Source: Myxococcota bacterium
GTDB lineage: Bacteria > Myxococcota_A > UBA796 > GCA-2862545
Direction: 5' to 3'
Assembly: GCA_039208735.1 (NCBI GenBank)
Contig: JBCCQY010000020.1
Location: 13,944-77,943, forward strand
DNA: 64,000 nucleotides
Shown: one piece after another, positions 20,972 through 29,487 of the stretch
How positions within the stretch are numbered: the stretch's first letter is position 1
Layout of the letters: every line of letters starts with the position of its first letter
Notes under the pieces: model-generated
Seen by the model: the letters and a program-made list of their open reading frames with translations, nothing else
Database searches by the model: none
What the model was told of the DNA's origin: nothing
Program-made: the position numbers and the translations under genes

Positions 20972-21146
20972 GCGCTCCGGAAAAGCCGTGGAGCCAGACG
21001 AATCGCGGATGGCCGGGCGCGCCCCATTCGAGCCAATGCAGTCGCCGACCCCCAGGAGCGAGACGAACGTGCGCCGAGGCACCGATGCGTCTTCGTTGCC
21101 ACCATCGGGTCGCGTTCAGCGTCCATTCCCCGAGCCAGGCGAGCAT
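20968..21146 (-). pseudogene. truncated alpha/beta hydrolase (N-terminal fragment only)
   Basis: ATG 21146 coupled to the upstream stop (TGATG); reads ...RLHWLEWGAPGHPRFVWLHGFSG then runs into the convergent gene. Confidence 0.65.
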
Positions 21147-21643
21147 CAGGGGCGAGCCTGGGTCGATGCCCGCACGTAGGGAACGGTCCAGGTCATGTCT
21201 ACGGGCAGCTTCTTGCTTTGGACAAGGTGGGTGACGGACATTCCATTCGCAGAGAAGACGTAGGTGAACAGCTTTCCACCTTCCTCTTCTCGAAAGTCGA
21301 GGAGCAGGTCATCACCTCGGCGAGAGAGTTGCGTCTTGAGTGGGCCCGTGTCCCCTTCGTACATCCCCTCACGGCCTACTTGCCAGCGGAATACTGGCTC
21401 ATCTTGGCATTGGACCATGAAGTCCACGCCGGCAAGCTCCACCTTGAGTTCAGGGCAGGCTTTGAAGAGCGCTTCGAGCCGACGACGTGCAAACGGACGG
21501 GTGAAGGGACCAAACGGCTCGAGCGAACGTTCGACCGCTTCGCGCTTGAGCGCTGCGATGGCTTCGGGACCCAGGCTGATGCGATAGGTGGTCGAGACCG
21601 TCGGGGGCGCAGCGAGAGCCGAGGTCATCAGGGTAAAAATCAC
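21146..21643 (-). CDS. secreted hypothetical protein
   Basis: SD GGAGAGG, GTG start, signal peptide ending SALA-AP. Confidence 0.75.
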   Translation of the reverse strand: MIFTLMTSALAAPPTVSTTYRISLGPEAIAALKREAVERSLEPFGPFTRPFARRRLEALFKACPELKVELAGVDFMVQCQDEPVFRWQVGREGMYEGDTGPLKTQLSRRGDDLLLDFREEEGGKLFTYVFSANGMSVTHLVQSKKLPVDMTWTVPYVRASTQARP

Positions 21644-21670
21644 ATCCTCTCCAGAGCCGGACGACCGAAA

Positions 21671-21773
21671 TCTATACCCGTATTGGTGAAGGGTCGAGTG
21701 GATCGCCGACGGGATCTTGTTGAGCCGATAGAAGCAGCGTCGAAGTTTGCAGGTTCACCAATCTAAAGATTGG
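21671..21773. promoter_or_regulatory. putative TetR operators
   Basis: Perfect palindrome CCAATCT-AA-AGATTGG (21758-21773) and a related imperfect copy TCTATAC-CC-GTATTGG (21671-21686) in the divergent intergenic region. Confidence 0.55.
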
Positions 21774-21836
21774 AATTGTGACGCGGAGGTCGACGGATCG
21801 TCGGTGTAGGCGCACCGGAAGACGTTACACCGCAGC

Positions 21837-22442
21837 ATGCCGAGGCGCACCAACACTCGTGAAGCCATTCTTGAGGCAGCAAGCACATTGTTGCGCGAGA
21901 AGGGCGAGCATGCGGTCACGACCCGCGCCGTCACGAAGATCGTCGGCATCTCCCAGCCCACGTTCTATGCTCACTTCGAGAGCGTTGATGAGCTGATCGT
22001 CGAACTTGCGTCCCGGGTTGCCGCCAACCTCATCCGGCTCTTGAGGGAGTCGCAGGCTTGGTTGCGGACCAATGGGCCCAAGGATCCCGAACGACTCGTT
22101 GAACACTACGAGGGCGTGCTCCAAAGAGCCCTTGCACAGCGCAGTCTCATCGAGGTCTATCTACGTCACCGTTGGCTGGACTCGAGCGTCGGTGAGTTCT
22201 GTCGGGAGGTCGATCGGACCGTCGAGTCCAGTATTATCGACCACGTCATCACCACCTCGGACGGGGAAGGGCCGACGAGCGACTACCACGAGGTTCGGCA
22301 GTTCGCGCGGGTGGTGAGCCACGGGTTCTTCAGTGCCCTGGCCGTGCAGTTGGAGATGGACATCAATGCCCGTCGAATGGCTCGGCTCCTCGCTCTTCAG
22401 ACGCTAGCCGCCGTCGACGTGTTCTTTGGACCGCAGGCGTAG
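21837..22442 (+). CDS. TetR/AcrR family transcriptional regulator
   Basis: TREAILEAA...TTRAVTKIVGISQPTFYAHFESVDEL HTH. Confidence 0.92.
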   Translation: MPRRTNTREAILEAASTLLREKGEHAVTTRAVTKIVGISQPTFYAHFESVDELIVELASRVAANLIRLLRESQAWLRTNGPKDPERLVEHYEGVLQRALAQRSLIEVYLRHRWLDSSVGEFCREVDRTVESSIIDHVITTSDGEGPTSDYHEVRQFARVVSHGFFSALAVQLEMDINARRMARLLALQTLAAVDVFFGPQA

Positions 22443-22449
22443 GCCTGGT

Positions 22450-23253
22450 TCAGCGCTGAAGCGCGGCGATGACCTCTGGGCAGACCGACTCGAGACAGGC
22501 GGTGTAGAATTCGTCACGCGCCAGCGTCTTCGCCAGAGCTTTCAGCGCGAATGAGTTCCCGAGGAACTCCGCATAGGTGCTGCACTCCAGTTCCAGCACG
22601 AACTGCGGCGGACACTCCTGCTTCAGGAGGTCCAGAAACTCATTGTAGGCGTTGCCCGTTCCGCCGCCACATTCGAGGGTACGCAGGATGGGCCAGTAGT
22701 ACCCGACGTGCAGATCGGTGTTGGGCGTCGTCGTAGGTCCGAGTTGCCGGGCCAAAGGCTCGTTGCAGCTGACGAACGGGTCGCGGCGCACCACGTTGTA
22801 CCCAGGCTGTAGGTCGAGCAGATCAAGGCCCAGAGCTGGCGGCGGGTCGTTAGGGTCGACCCACACAAGAGCCGCCTCAAAGGCCCCGCCGAGAATGGGC
22901 TCTTCCCCACCCCACCGAGCATCTCCATCTTGGTCGTCGAACAAAACGATGTCCCCCACCGCGGCTTCGACGCCTGCCGTGCCAGACAGAGGCTGCACCG
23001 CGGACGGATCCGGCGGCGCGAAGACATCGAGGGTGTATCGGGCGGGAAACGAGGTTTGGACCAACACAGGCTGGGACCGGACCTCGGGGGAGGCCGCCTG
23101 GGTCCACACGATGGCCACGCTCACTTCGACCGTGGACGCATCGAGTTCGTCCTCGAAGACGTTTCCGTCCAACCGAAACAGCGGCTCACCCAAATAGGCC
23201 CCGTCGACCACACTTCCGCAGCCGAACGCAAAGAACCACCACTCAACGAACAT
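22450..23253 (-). CDS. hypothetical lipoprotein, last gene of the ECF/caspase operon
   Basis: ATG 23253 overlaps the end of the caspase gene; lipobox-like AFGC; YLGEPLFRLDG and FPARYTLDVFAPP segments. Confidence 0.75.
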   Translation of the reverse strand: MFVEWWFFAFGCGSVVDGAYLGEPLFRLDGNVFEDELDASTVEVSVAIVWTQAASPEVRSQPVLVQTSFPARYTLDVFAPPDPSAVQPLSGTAGVEAAVGDIVLFDDQDGDARWGGEEPILGGAFEAALVWVDPNDPPPALGLDLLDLQPGYNVVRRDPFVSCNEPLARQLGPTTTPNTDLHVGYYWPILRTLECGGGTGNAYNEFLDLLKQECPPQFVLELECSTYAEFLGNSFALKALAKTLARDEFYTACLESVCPEVIAALQR

Positions 23254-24772
23254 AGTGAACCCACTCGAGCGAGAAGACAGGCAGCACGTTTGATTCGAGT
23301 GCCTCGGTGCGCGCCGTGGCATCGAACCGGCGGTAGAGTTGGACGTCGGGGCCGCCCGACAGCGCGATGACCGAACGCCCAACCGGAACGTCCAACCCCA
23401 GCACCGGGCCCACCCGTCCGGTCAAGGCCTGCCGGGGAGGCGCATCCCCGGACGAGTCAAACCACTGGGCAATCCCATGTCCTCCGAGTCGCACCCCGAG
23501 CCCAAAGGCCACTGGCCCCGCGTCGATCTTTTTGATGCCCGCAAACTCTACGCCCGCGAGGGCCTGCGTCAGCACGAGCCCCGGAGCGGCGTCGCGAAAG
23601 CCCGCCCCCGTCAAGCGAAGTTGGAGCGTGATGGGTTCCAGATCGACGAGCACGCCGAGATGCCCCGCCAGCGAAGGCGGCAGGCCCGGGGCGGTGGGAC
23701 CGAGAAGCCCGGGGCCTAAGGTGACGGCCCACGCCGCTCGCTCTTCCTCCAACCCCTTGCGCACGGTCCGACCGGGAGACACCGTGGGCATCCGTGACGC
23801 CACCATCCGATGGCTCTCGCGGCGCGAAAACGTTGCCCGCGTCTCGCGTACGCCCCCGTCCTCGCGCAACCTCACCAGGTACGACCCAGGAGGCACCGAG
23901 AGCATCGCCTCGGTTTCTACGTCGACCTCGAGCAGCAGTGTCTCGGCCTCTCCCGAGAACAGCCACCACTGACCGGGCCCGTCAAGCACCACGCTGGCCG
24001 TTCGGTGGGGCTCCGCCACTTGGGTGAGCACCAAGTCCGAACGTCCCGAGAGCGTAAAGCCGAAGCTCGGGCGCTGGACGAATCGCGCCGTGCTCGTGGA
24101 CTTCACCGTTTCCGAGTACCCGTATTGGTAGGCCTCGGTCAGCGTGATCCGCTGGTCTCCGCTCGCATCGGCCGCGCCCATCAGCCCAGCCACGAAGTGA
24201 TGGGTGAAGATGCCGCCCTTCAAGCGGTCCGACTCCTGCGCGTCTTCGCCAACCGCACTGCTCGTGATGATGGCCATGCCTTCGGTATCGAGTCGATCGT
24301 CGGCCCGAATCACAAAGGGCTCGGCCGGGGTGGCCCCTTTAAGCCGCGTGAGTTCCCCCGATTGACAGGCATCAACGACCAGCACCCGTACATCGACATC
24401 GACAGCCTGCAAGGCGGCGGTAAGCGTGGAGAACGGTAATTGCGAGTTGGATAGCCGCAACCCATCCTCTCCGCCGTGGCCCGAGTAGTAGAAGAACAGC
24501 AGGTCTTCTTCGTCTTCCGCGCCCCGTCGACGGACCCGTTCCGCAAGATGGGACAGCGCGGAGAGCACCCGGTCGGCGTCGGCATTTCGAAGGTCGACGA
24601 TGTCTTCGGACCGAACGCCCCCGAGTTCCTCGAGCACCCACGCCACGCGGGACGCGTCGCGCTCGGCGTAGTGCAGGGGCTCGTCGGACCGCCCCCCGTC
24701 ATTTGCTCCAACGACCACCGCGTAACGATGCACATCGGCGGCCCAGGCCATGGACGCAAGGGTCAGAATCAC
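23243..24772 (-). CDS. exported caspase-family (peptidase C14) protein with probable C-terminal beta-barrel
   Basis: Signal peptide (AWA-AD), VVVGAN, LHYAERDA, catalytic YYSGHG and VDACQSG, AQESD..GGIFTH; alternating beta-strand pattern in the last ~170 aa. Confidence 0.88.
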   Translation of the reverse strand: MILTLASMAWAADVHRYAVVVGANDGGRSDEPLHYAERDASRVAWVLEELGGVRSEDIVDLRNADADRVLSALSHLAERVRRRGAEDEEDLLFFYYSGHGGEDGLRLSNSQLPFSTLTAALQAVDVDVRVLVVDACQSGELTRLKGATPAEPFVIRADDRLDTEGMAIITSSAVGEDAQESDRLKGGIFTHHFVAGLMGAADASGDQRITLTEAYQYGYSETVKSTSTARFVQRPSFGFTLSGRSDLVLTQVAEPHRTASVVLDGPGQWWLFSGEAETLLLEVDVETEAMLSVPPGSYLVRLREDGGVRETRATFSRRESHRMVASRMPTVSPGRTVRKGLEEERAAWAVTLGPGLLGPTAPGLPPSLAGHLGVLVDLEPITLQLRLTGAGFRDAAPGLVLTQALAGVEFAGIKKIDAGPVAFGLGVRLGGHGIAQWFDSSGDAPPRQALTGRVGPVLGLDVPVGRSVIALSGGPDVQLYRRFDATARTEALESNVLPVFSLEWVHYVR

Positions 24773-25419
24773 CGCTTCTCCAGCTCGACCACGTCAACCA
24801 TGCAACCCGGCGGAACCGTGTCGTCCATCGCCACGCGCTCGGCAACGTCCAGCTCGAAGGAGGTTTCACACCACAGGAGCACGAGCCGTTCGGTCCCAAG
24901 TGCGTCATCGAGTCGAATCGCGGAGTCGAGATCGACCGCGTGATCCGTGGCGGCAAACGGCACGGAGGCTTCGGCGTCTTGGGGGTAGCTTAGGTAGGGA
25001 GGCTGTTGTCCGTCGGTGCCGACCACCATGATGTGGCCCTCCTCGCGGACCCGAACGCGGAAGCCCAGTCGGTCCCCCGGGGCGACCTCATCCCCGGGAG
25101 CCAGGCGGCGGCTCTTGGGCCCTTCGTCCCGGAACACCTGAAGCTCGACCCCGCCTCCCTTGACGCGAATCCCGTCGGGGCTACTCGATAGCACCAAGAG
25201 GGCCGTCGCGGCCATGGCAAGCGGTGCGGCGGCGTACCACCACCTTGGCGGACGCCGGACCCGTCGGGGCGGAACCACCACGCCCCCGGCGGCCCGAAGG
25301 CGAGCTGAGCACATGTCGCAGTGCTCGAGGTGTTCGGTCGTCCCCTCCAGCGGCTCGCCGTCAAGTGCATACTCGATCGCGAGATCGGAGAGATGGCCGT
25401 CCCGTCGAAGGCCCGTCAT
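24769..25419 (-). CDS. anti-sigma factor (zinc-finger HxxxCxxC, TM helix, DUF4384/ActD-like periplasmic domain)
   Basis: EHLEHCDMC, TM segment, IRVKGG, PGDRLGFRV, LDDALGTER. Confidence 0.8.
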   Translation of the reverse strand: MTGLRRDGHLSDLAIEYALDGEPLEGTTEHLEHCDMCSARLRAAGGVVVPPRRVRRPPRWWYAAAPLAMAATALLVLSSSPDGIRVKGGGVELQVFRDEGPKSRRLAPGDEVAPGDRLGFRVRVREEGHIMVVGTDGQQPPYLSYPQDAEASVPFAATDHAVDLDSAIRLDDALGTERLVLLWCETSFELDVAERVAMDDTVPPGCMVDVVELEKR

Positions 25420-25922
25420 GGCGATGCTCCAGGGGTGGCGGCGGCTGCGGCCAACGCGGTGAGGTGGTGGAGTCGCGTGGAGATCGTTCGGCCGCTGACC
25501 CCAAGCAGCGCGCCGATATCCGCCTGCGACAGTTGATCGACGTAGTAGTAAACCCCAATTTGGGCGAGTTCAGGGTCCACGGTGCGCCACAGCTGCGAGA
25601 GGAACACCCGCGCTTCGGTGCCTTCAGCGGAGGTCACCGGGCAGCTCCAGGGCACTTCACCCATCTCTTCGAGGAGTTCACGGCGACGCTTTTCGTTGCG
25701 CAAGCGAGCAAGGCAATGCCTCGTGGCGATGCCGTAGAGCCAGGCCCGCGGCGGCGCCTCTCCCCGGTAGGTGTGCCGCTTTTCGAGGGCGGCCAAGAAG
25801 ACCTCCTGCAGCACATCATGGGCTTGCTCCCCTCGATAGAACCGACGGATCCGTCTCAACAGCAACGGCGCGAACCGCGCGTACAGCTGGTCGATGTTGA
25901 GGGACTCGGGATCGAAGGGCAT
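25416..25922 (-). CDS. ECF RNA polymerase sigma factor
   Basis: AHDVLQEVF, WLYGIATRHCL (region 2); LSQADIGALLGVSGRTISTRL (region 4). Confidence 0.92.
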   Translation of the reverse strand: MPFDPESLNIDQLYARFAPLLLRRIRRFYRGEQAHDVLQEVFLAALEKRHTYRGEAPPRAWLYGIATRHCLARLRNEKRRRELLEEMGEVPWSCPVTSAEGTEARVFLSQLWRTVDPELAQIGVYYYVDQLSQADIGALLGVSGRTISTRLHHLTALAAAAATPGASP

Positions 25923-25936
25923 CAAGACCGCGGGGC

Positions 25937-26908
25937 TTAGAAGAATGCGGCGCAGCAACCGTTGGTGAGGTCACACACGTTGTCGGCACAGATTCCGACT
26001 TCGATGCCGTCTTCGGTGCAGGTGCAGTCTCCATCTTGGCAGGCCATGCTGATGGTGCGCGTTCCATCTGACGAGGAGGAGGAGCACGCGCTCGACGAGC
26101 TACCCTTACCGTTGCCGCCCTTGCCAGAGCCCGGGTTGAAGGACCACGAGACGCGGGTGGCGGGGATCGAGAAGTCCGCCTGGCGCTGGACGGGCTTGCC
26201 GCCGAACCAGTCTTCCGCCGTCACATCCAGTTCGCCGTCGAGCGTGCCTTCCGACACCGTGCAATCGAGGTTGCCGCCCCACGGATGGGACGGGTCGAAG
26301 CAGTCGTCTTCGGTGGCGAATGCGATCGAGGTGATTTCGAAGGTGCCGGATTCGGCGATGTAGGTTTCCTGGGCGACCTGATCCCAAATGATCGCGATGC
26401 CGTCGTCGATTCCAAAGCCGCCCACGTCCACCGTACCTGCGTCCACCAGTCCGTTCACCAAGATGAGAATCACCTCGTCGACGGTCTGGGCCTTCACGTC
26501 GAGCCCGGTCCAGGCAAGCACGCCGGTATGCAGGAAGTCGTTGCCCTTGCCAAACGTGACTTCATACTGAATCCCGGTGCCGTCGTAGAGGGCTGGCTTC
26601 TTGAATGCGATGGGTCCGACGGTCCGGATCTCAGCCGATGCATCCTGAGCGGTTCCGGCCATGGGGTTCATGACGCCGAGATCTTCAAGGGCGACCCCCA
26701 GAGCGTCTCGTTCTTCATCGGAGAGCGCTCGGAACTGGGAGCTTGGGCCATCGTTGGGGCTTGTCGGGTCACTCACACTTGGCGTTGTCGGGTCCGAGAC
26801 GACGGGGGCGGCCGGGTCGTTGGCGAGGTCGGCTGGGGCGGTCTCGACCGGGGCGTTGCAGCCCCACAGCCCCAATGCGAGGGCGCCAAACAGGTGCACG
26901 CGGTTCAT
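25937..26908 (-). CDS. hypothetical lipoprotein with Cys-rich C-terminal domain
   Basis: SD GGAG, lipobox LWGC, C-terminal 8-Cys segment ending NGCCAAFF. Confidence 0.8.
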   Translation of the reverse strand: MNRVHLFGALALGLWGCNAPVETAPADLANDPAAPVVSDPTTPSVSDPTSPNDGPSSQFRALSDEERDALGVALEDLGVMNPMAGTAQDASAEIRTVGPIAFKKPALYDGTGIQYEVTFGKGNDFLHTGVLAWTGLDVKAQTVDEVILILVNGLVDAGTVDVGGFGIDDGIAIIWDQVAQETYIAESGTFEITSIAFATEDDCFDPSHPWGGNLDCTVSEGTLDGELDVTAEDWFGGKPVQRQADFSIPATRVSWSFNPGSGKGGNGKGSSSSACSSSSSDGTRTISMACQDGDCTCTEDGIEVGICADNVCDLTNGCCAAFF

Positions 26909-27253
26909 GTGATCTCCAAGTCGCAGCACGTCGGTGCCGCTCGTGAATGGAGATGCGTGAGCCGGCCCGGCTGGAAGCACCGATCGGGAATTTTTTGATT
27001 TGTGGCCATGAAGACTGACATCCCATGGCAGGCTGAAATCGGAGGGAGGAACTGGGGCAACCTGGCTACACCGTCGACCTCGTGAAGATGGAAGTTCTGG
27101 CGTTTAGTGCCGCAACGAATCGGATGGCGTTCCGGCGGACGATCGTTGGACGACCGTGTACGGACGTTAATCCTTGCGGTGGTTCCCAAGACTGGCTAGG
27201 CGGGGTGTCGAACTTTCACGGTTCGAACCTGCCTAATTAGGAGGTGAGCCACC

Positions 27254-28846
27254 TTGTTTAAACATCATAACACCCAGTTGGTTCGACTTCTAAGTTCAGA
27301 AGACTCAGCCACGCGACAACAAGGTCGCCTTCTGATTGAAAGCCTCGGTCTTGAAGTGTTGCGAGGCCATGACCTCCGATCGGCCTTTCTCCTTGGGGCT
27401 GACCTCTCGGGAATGGACCTTCGAGGAGTGAATCTCTCCCAAGCGGAGCTACGAGGCGTCGACCTTTCCGATACCGACCTGCGGGGAGCGCATGTACTCG
27501 GCGCATCCCTGCGCGACGCGCAGATGACGCGGGCACGGTTCGAGGGAGCGGTCGCCAATCCTCACACCCATTGGGGAGGACGGGTTCCCAATGGACTGCG
27601 GCAGATTCCTGCGAACGCGCCGCTTGTTTGGCTGGCTCCGGACGTCGTTCCGGCGCCGCACCTAAACCTTCGCCATGCCGATCTTCGTGGGCGAAGCTGG
27701 ACGAACGCCCGACTTCGCGGTGCGAGGCTCGTTCGCGCATGGTTGGAAGGCGCTTGTCTGATCGGCGCCGACCTACGAGACGCCGATCTTGAGCAGGCCA
27801 ACCTGAGGGGGGCTGACCTAAGAGGAGCGCGCACCCAGGGGGCACGCTTCGACCACGCGGTTGCGGATGCGTCCACCCGATGGCCCCACGCGGTTCCGGA
27901 GTGCGTAACCGTCCTTGGACCTGGCGCTTGGGCGAGAGGGGCGCAGCTCGCCGGCCATGACTTGTCGCAAATGTGGCTTCGGAACATCGATTTGTCCCAC
28001 GCCGACCTTCGGGGCACGGTGTTGTTCCAAGGCGATTTGGAAGGCGCGTCGCTTCGCAGTGCGGACCTTCGACGCGCCAAATTCAACGGCGTATCCTTGC
28101 GGGGCGCCGATCTTTCGATGGCGGACCTGCGTGAAGCCGACCTCAGCGATGCGGACCTTGAAGGGGCCTGTCTCGATGGGGCGCTGTTGGGCCGATGTGT
28201 TCTGCATGGGGCCAATCTCGACCGCGCATCACTGCGAGACGTGGATGCCACCGGGGTTCATGCAACTGAGGCCACGTTTCTCCATGCGGTGCTCGATGGT
28301 GCCACGTTCGATGAGGGCGCACTGGATGGCGCGATCTTGGCCGAGGGTTCCCTGCGGTTTGCGAGGTTGCACGATGCGGATCTGGGAGGGGCGGAGCTCG
28401 ACGAGGCCGAGATGACCTACGCCGACCTCATGGGCTCCTCGCTCGTGGGGGCATCCCTGCGTGAGGTGCACGCCCCCAGCGTGGTCCTCGCAGGGTGTGA
28501 CTTGGAGCATGCGACGCTGGAAGGGGGCTGCTTCGACCACGCAGATCTCCGCGACGTGCGCATCGAGCGGGCCCGAATCTGTGTCGGGGGGCAGGAGGTG
28601 CTTGTGGCCGAGCGAACGTTCACGGGCTGGTGGTTATCCACTCCGCGACTGGCTCCCTATTCGACGGCTTCTTCCTCTTCTTCCTCGATGGGCTCGCAGC
28701 ACGACATAGCTCCCCAGGTCGTGCAGACCATCTCGGGCGAAGTGTCCTCGGCCGGTGCTTCGGGCTTCGACTCGGCGGGGGATTCGTTGGTTGAATCACC
28801 GGAAACGACGTCGGCCATGCAGCAGGTGTGGGGAGCCACCTCGTAG
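27254..28846 (+). CDS. pentapeptide repeat protein
   Basis: SD GGAGGTGA with TTG start; long A(D/N)LXX tracts in three blocks; last ~60 aa overlap a convergent gene. Confidence 0.88.
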   Translation: MFKHHNTQLVRLLSSEDSATRQQGRLLIESLGLEVLRGHDLRSAFLLGADLSGMDLRGVNLSQAELRGVDLSDTDLRGAHVLGASLRDAQMTRARFEGAVANPHTHWGGRVPNGLRQIPANAPLVWLAPDVVPAPHLNLRHADLRGRSWTNARLRGARLVRAWLEGACLIGADLRDADLEQANLRGADLRGARTQGARFDHAVADASTRWPHAVPECVTVLGPGAWARGAQLAGHDLSQMWLRNIDLSHADLRGTVLFQGDLEGASLRSADLRRAKFNGVSLRGADLSMADLREADLSDADLEGACLDGALLGRCVLHGANLDRASLRDVDATGVHATEATFLHAVLDGATFDEGALDGAILAEGSLRFARLHDADLGGAELDEAEMTYADLMGSSLVGASLREVHAPSVVLAGCDLEHATLEGGCFDHADLRDVRIERARICVGGQEVLVAERTFTGWWLSTPRLAPYSTASSSSSSMGSQHDIAPQVVQTISGEVSSAGASGFDSAGDSLVESPETTSAMQQVWGATS

Positions 28847-29190
28847 CAGGTCCCTAGGGCCGCCGAGGGCACGGTGAGGGTGCGCCGCATCGCGGCTTCC
28901 CGATCGAGGAGCCTGGCCATCCGATTGTAGTAGGTACCTGAGCGTGCATTGAGGGTCGCGTCCATCCCCGCTTTGGCCCCCGCCTCATCGCCCGCGACCC
29001 ACTTGGCCTTGGCGAGTTCGAACAGGGACTTGTGCTTGCCGGGCAAAGGGAAAGAAGAAGGTTCCCACTGCGTCGAAGGCGGCCTCCTGCAGACAGGCCA
29101 CTTCGGACTCGGGACCCTTCTTGCGGCCCATGTGCCCGTCCGAGGCGGTGCTCCCCGGCACCTCGCGCTCCACGGCCGCGTTCACCAAGG
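28657..29190 (-). pseudogene. 5'-truncated, frameshifted hypothetical gene fragment with CC motifs and poly-Glu tail
   Basis: Coding-like frame ...ESEVACLQEAAFDAVGTFFF switches near 29045-29060 to PGKHKSLFELAKAKW...SCCEPIEEEEEEAVE*. Confidence 0.45.
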
Positions 29191-29486
29191 TCAAGACCGA
29201 GCGTCGAGTGGTAGCGCAAGAGTCGGTCACGACGCCCTCGGGTTCGCACGATGCCCTGCTCATCGAACAGATGGATCGGACCACGATCCACGGCAGCGAG
29301 CCCACCGAGCGCGAATTCAAAGAGCGGCTTTGGTATGTCCCGGGGATTGGTGTCGTGAAGACCCAGTTCCAACGCCTCAACGGCAAGGTGGTGGGTACGA
29401 TCGAGATGACGTCGTTCAAAGATGGCGAAGCTCCGGTTGAGGTCGAAACGTCGGCGGCGACCGATGAACCGGAAGCCGCGGAGTAG
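29187..29486 (+). pseudogene. 3' fragment of a DUF3108-like beta-sheet protein
   Basis: ESVTTPSGS...WYVPGIGVVK motif typical of the C-terminus of such proteins; no N-terminus or RBS. Confidence 0.5.
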
Positions 29487-29487
29487 C

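Noticed and set aside
27254..28846. Qnr/MfpA-type quinolone resistance gene
   Set aside because: Much longer, with interrupted generic A(D/N)LXX blocks; nothing specific supports gyrase protection.
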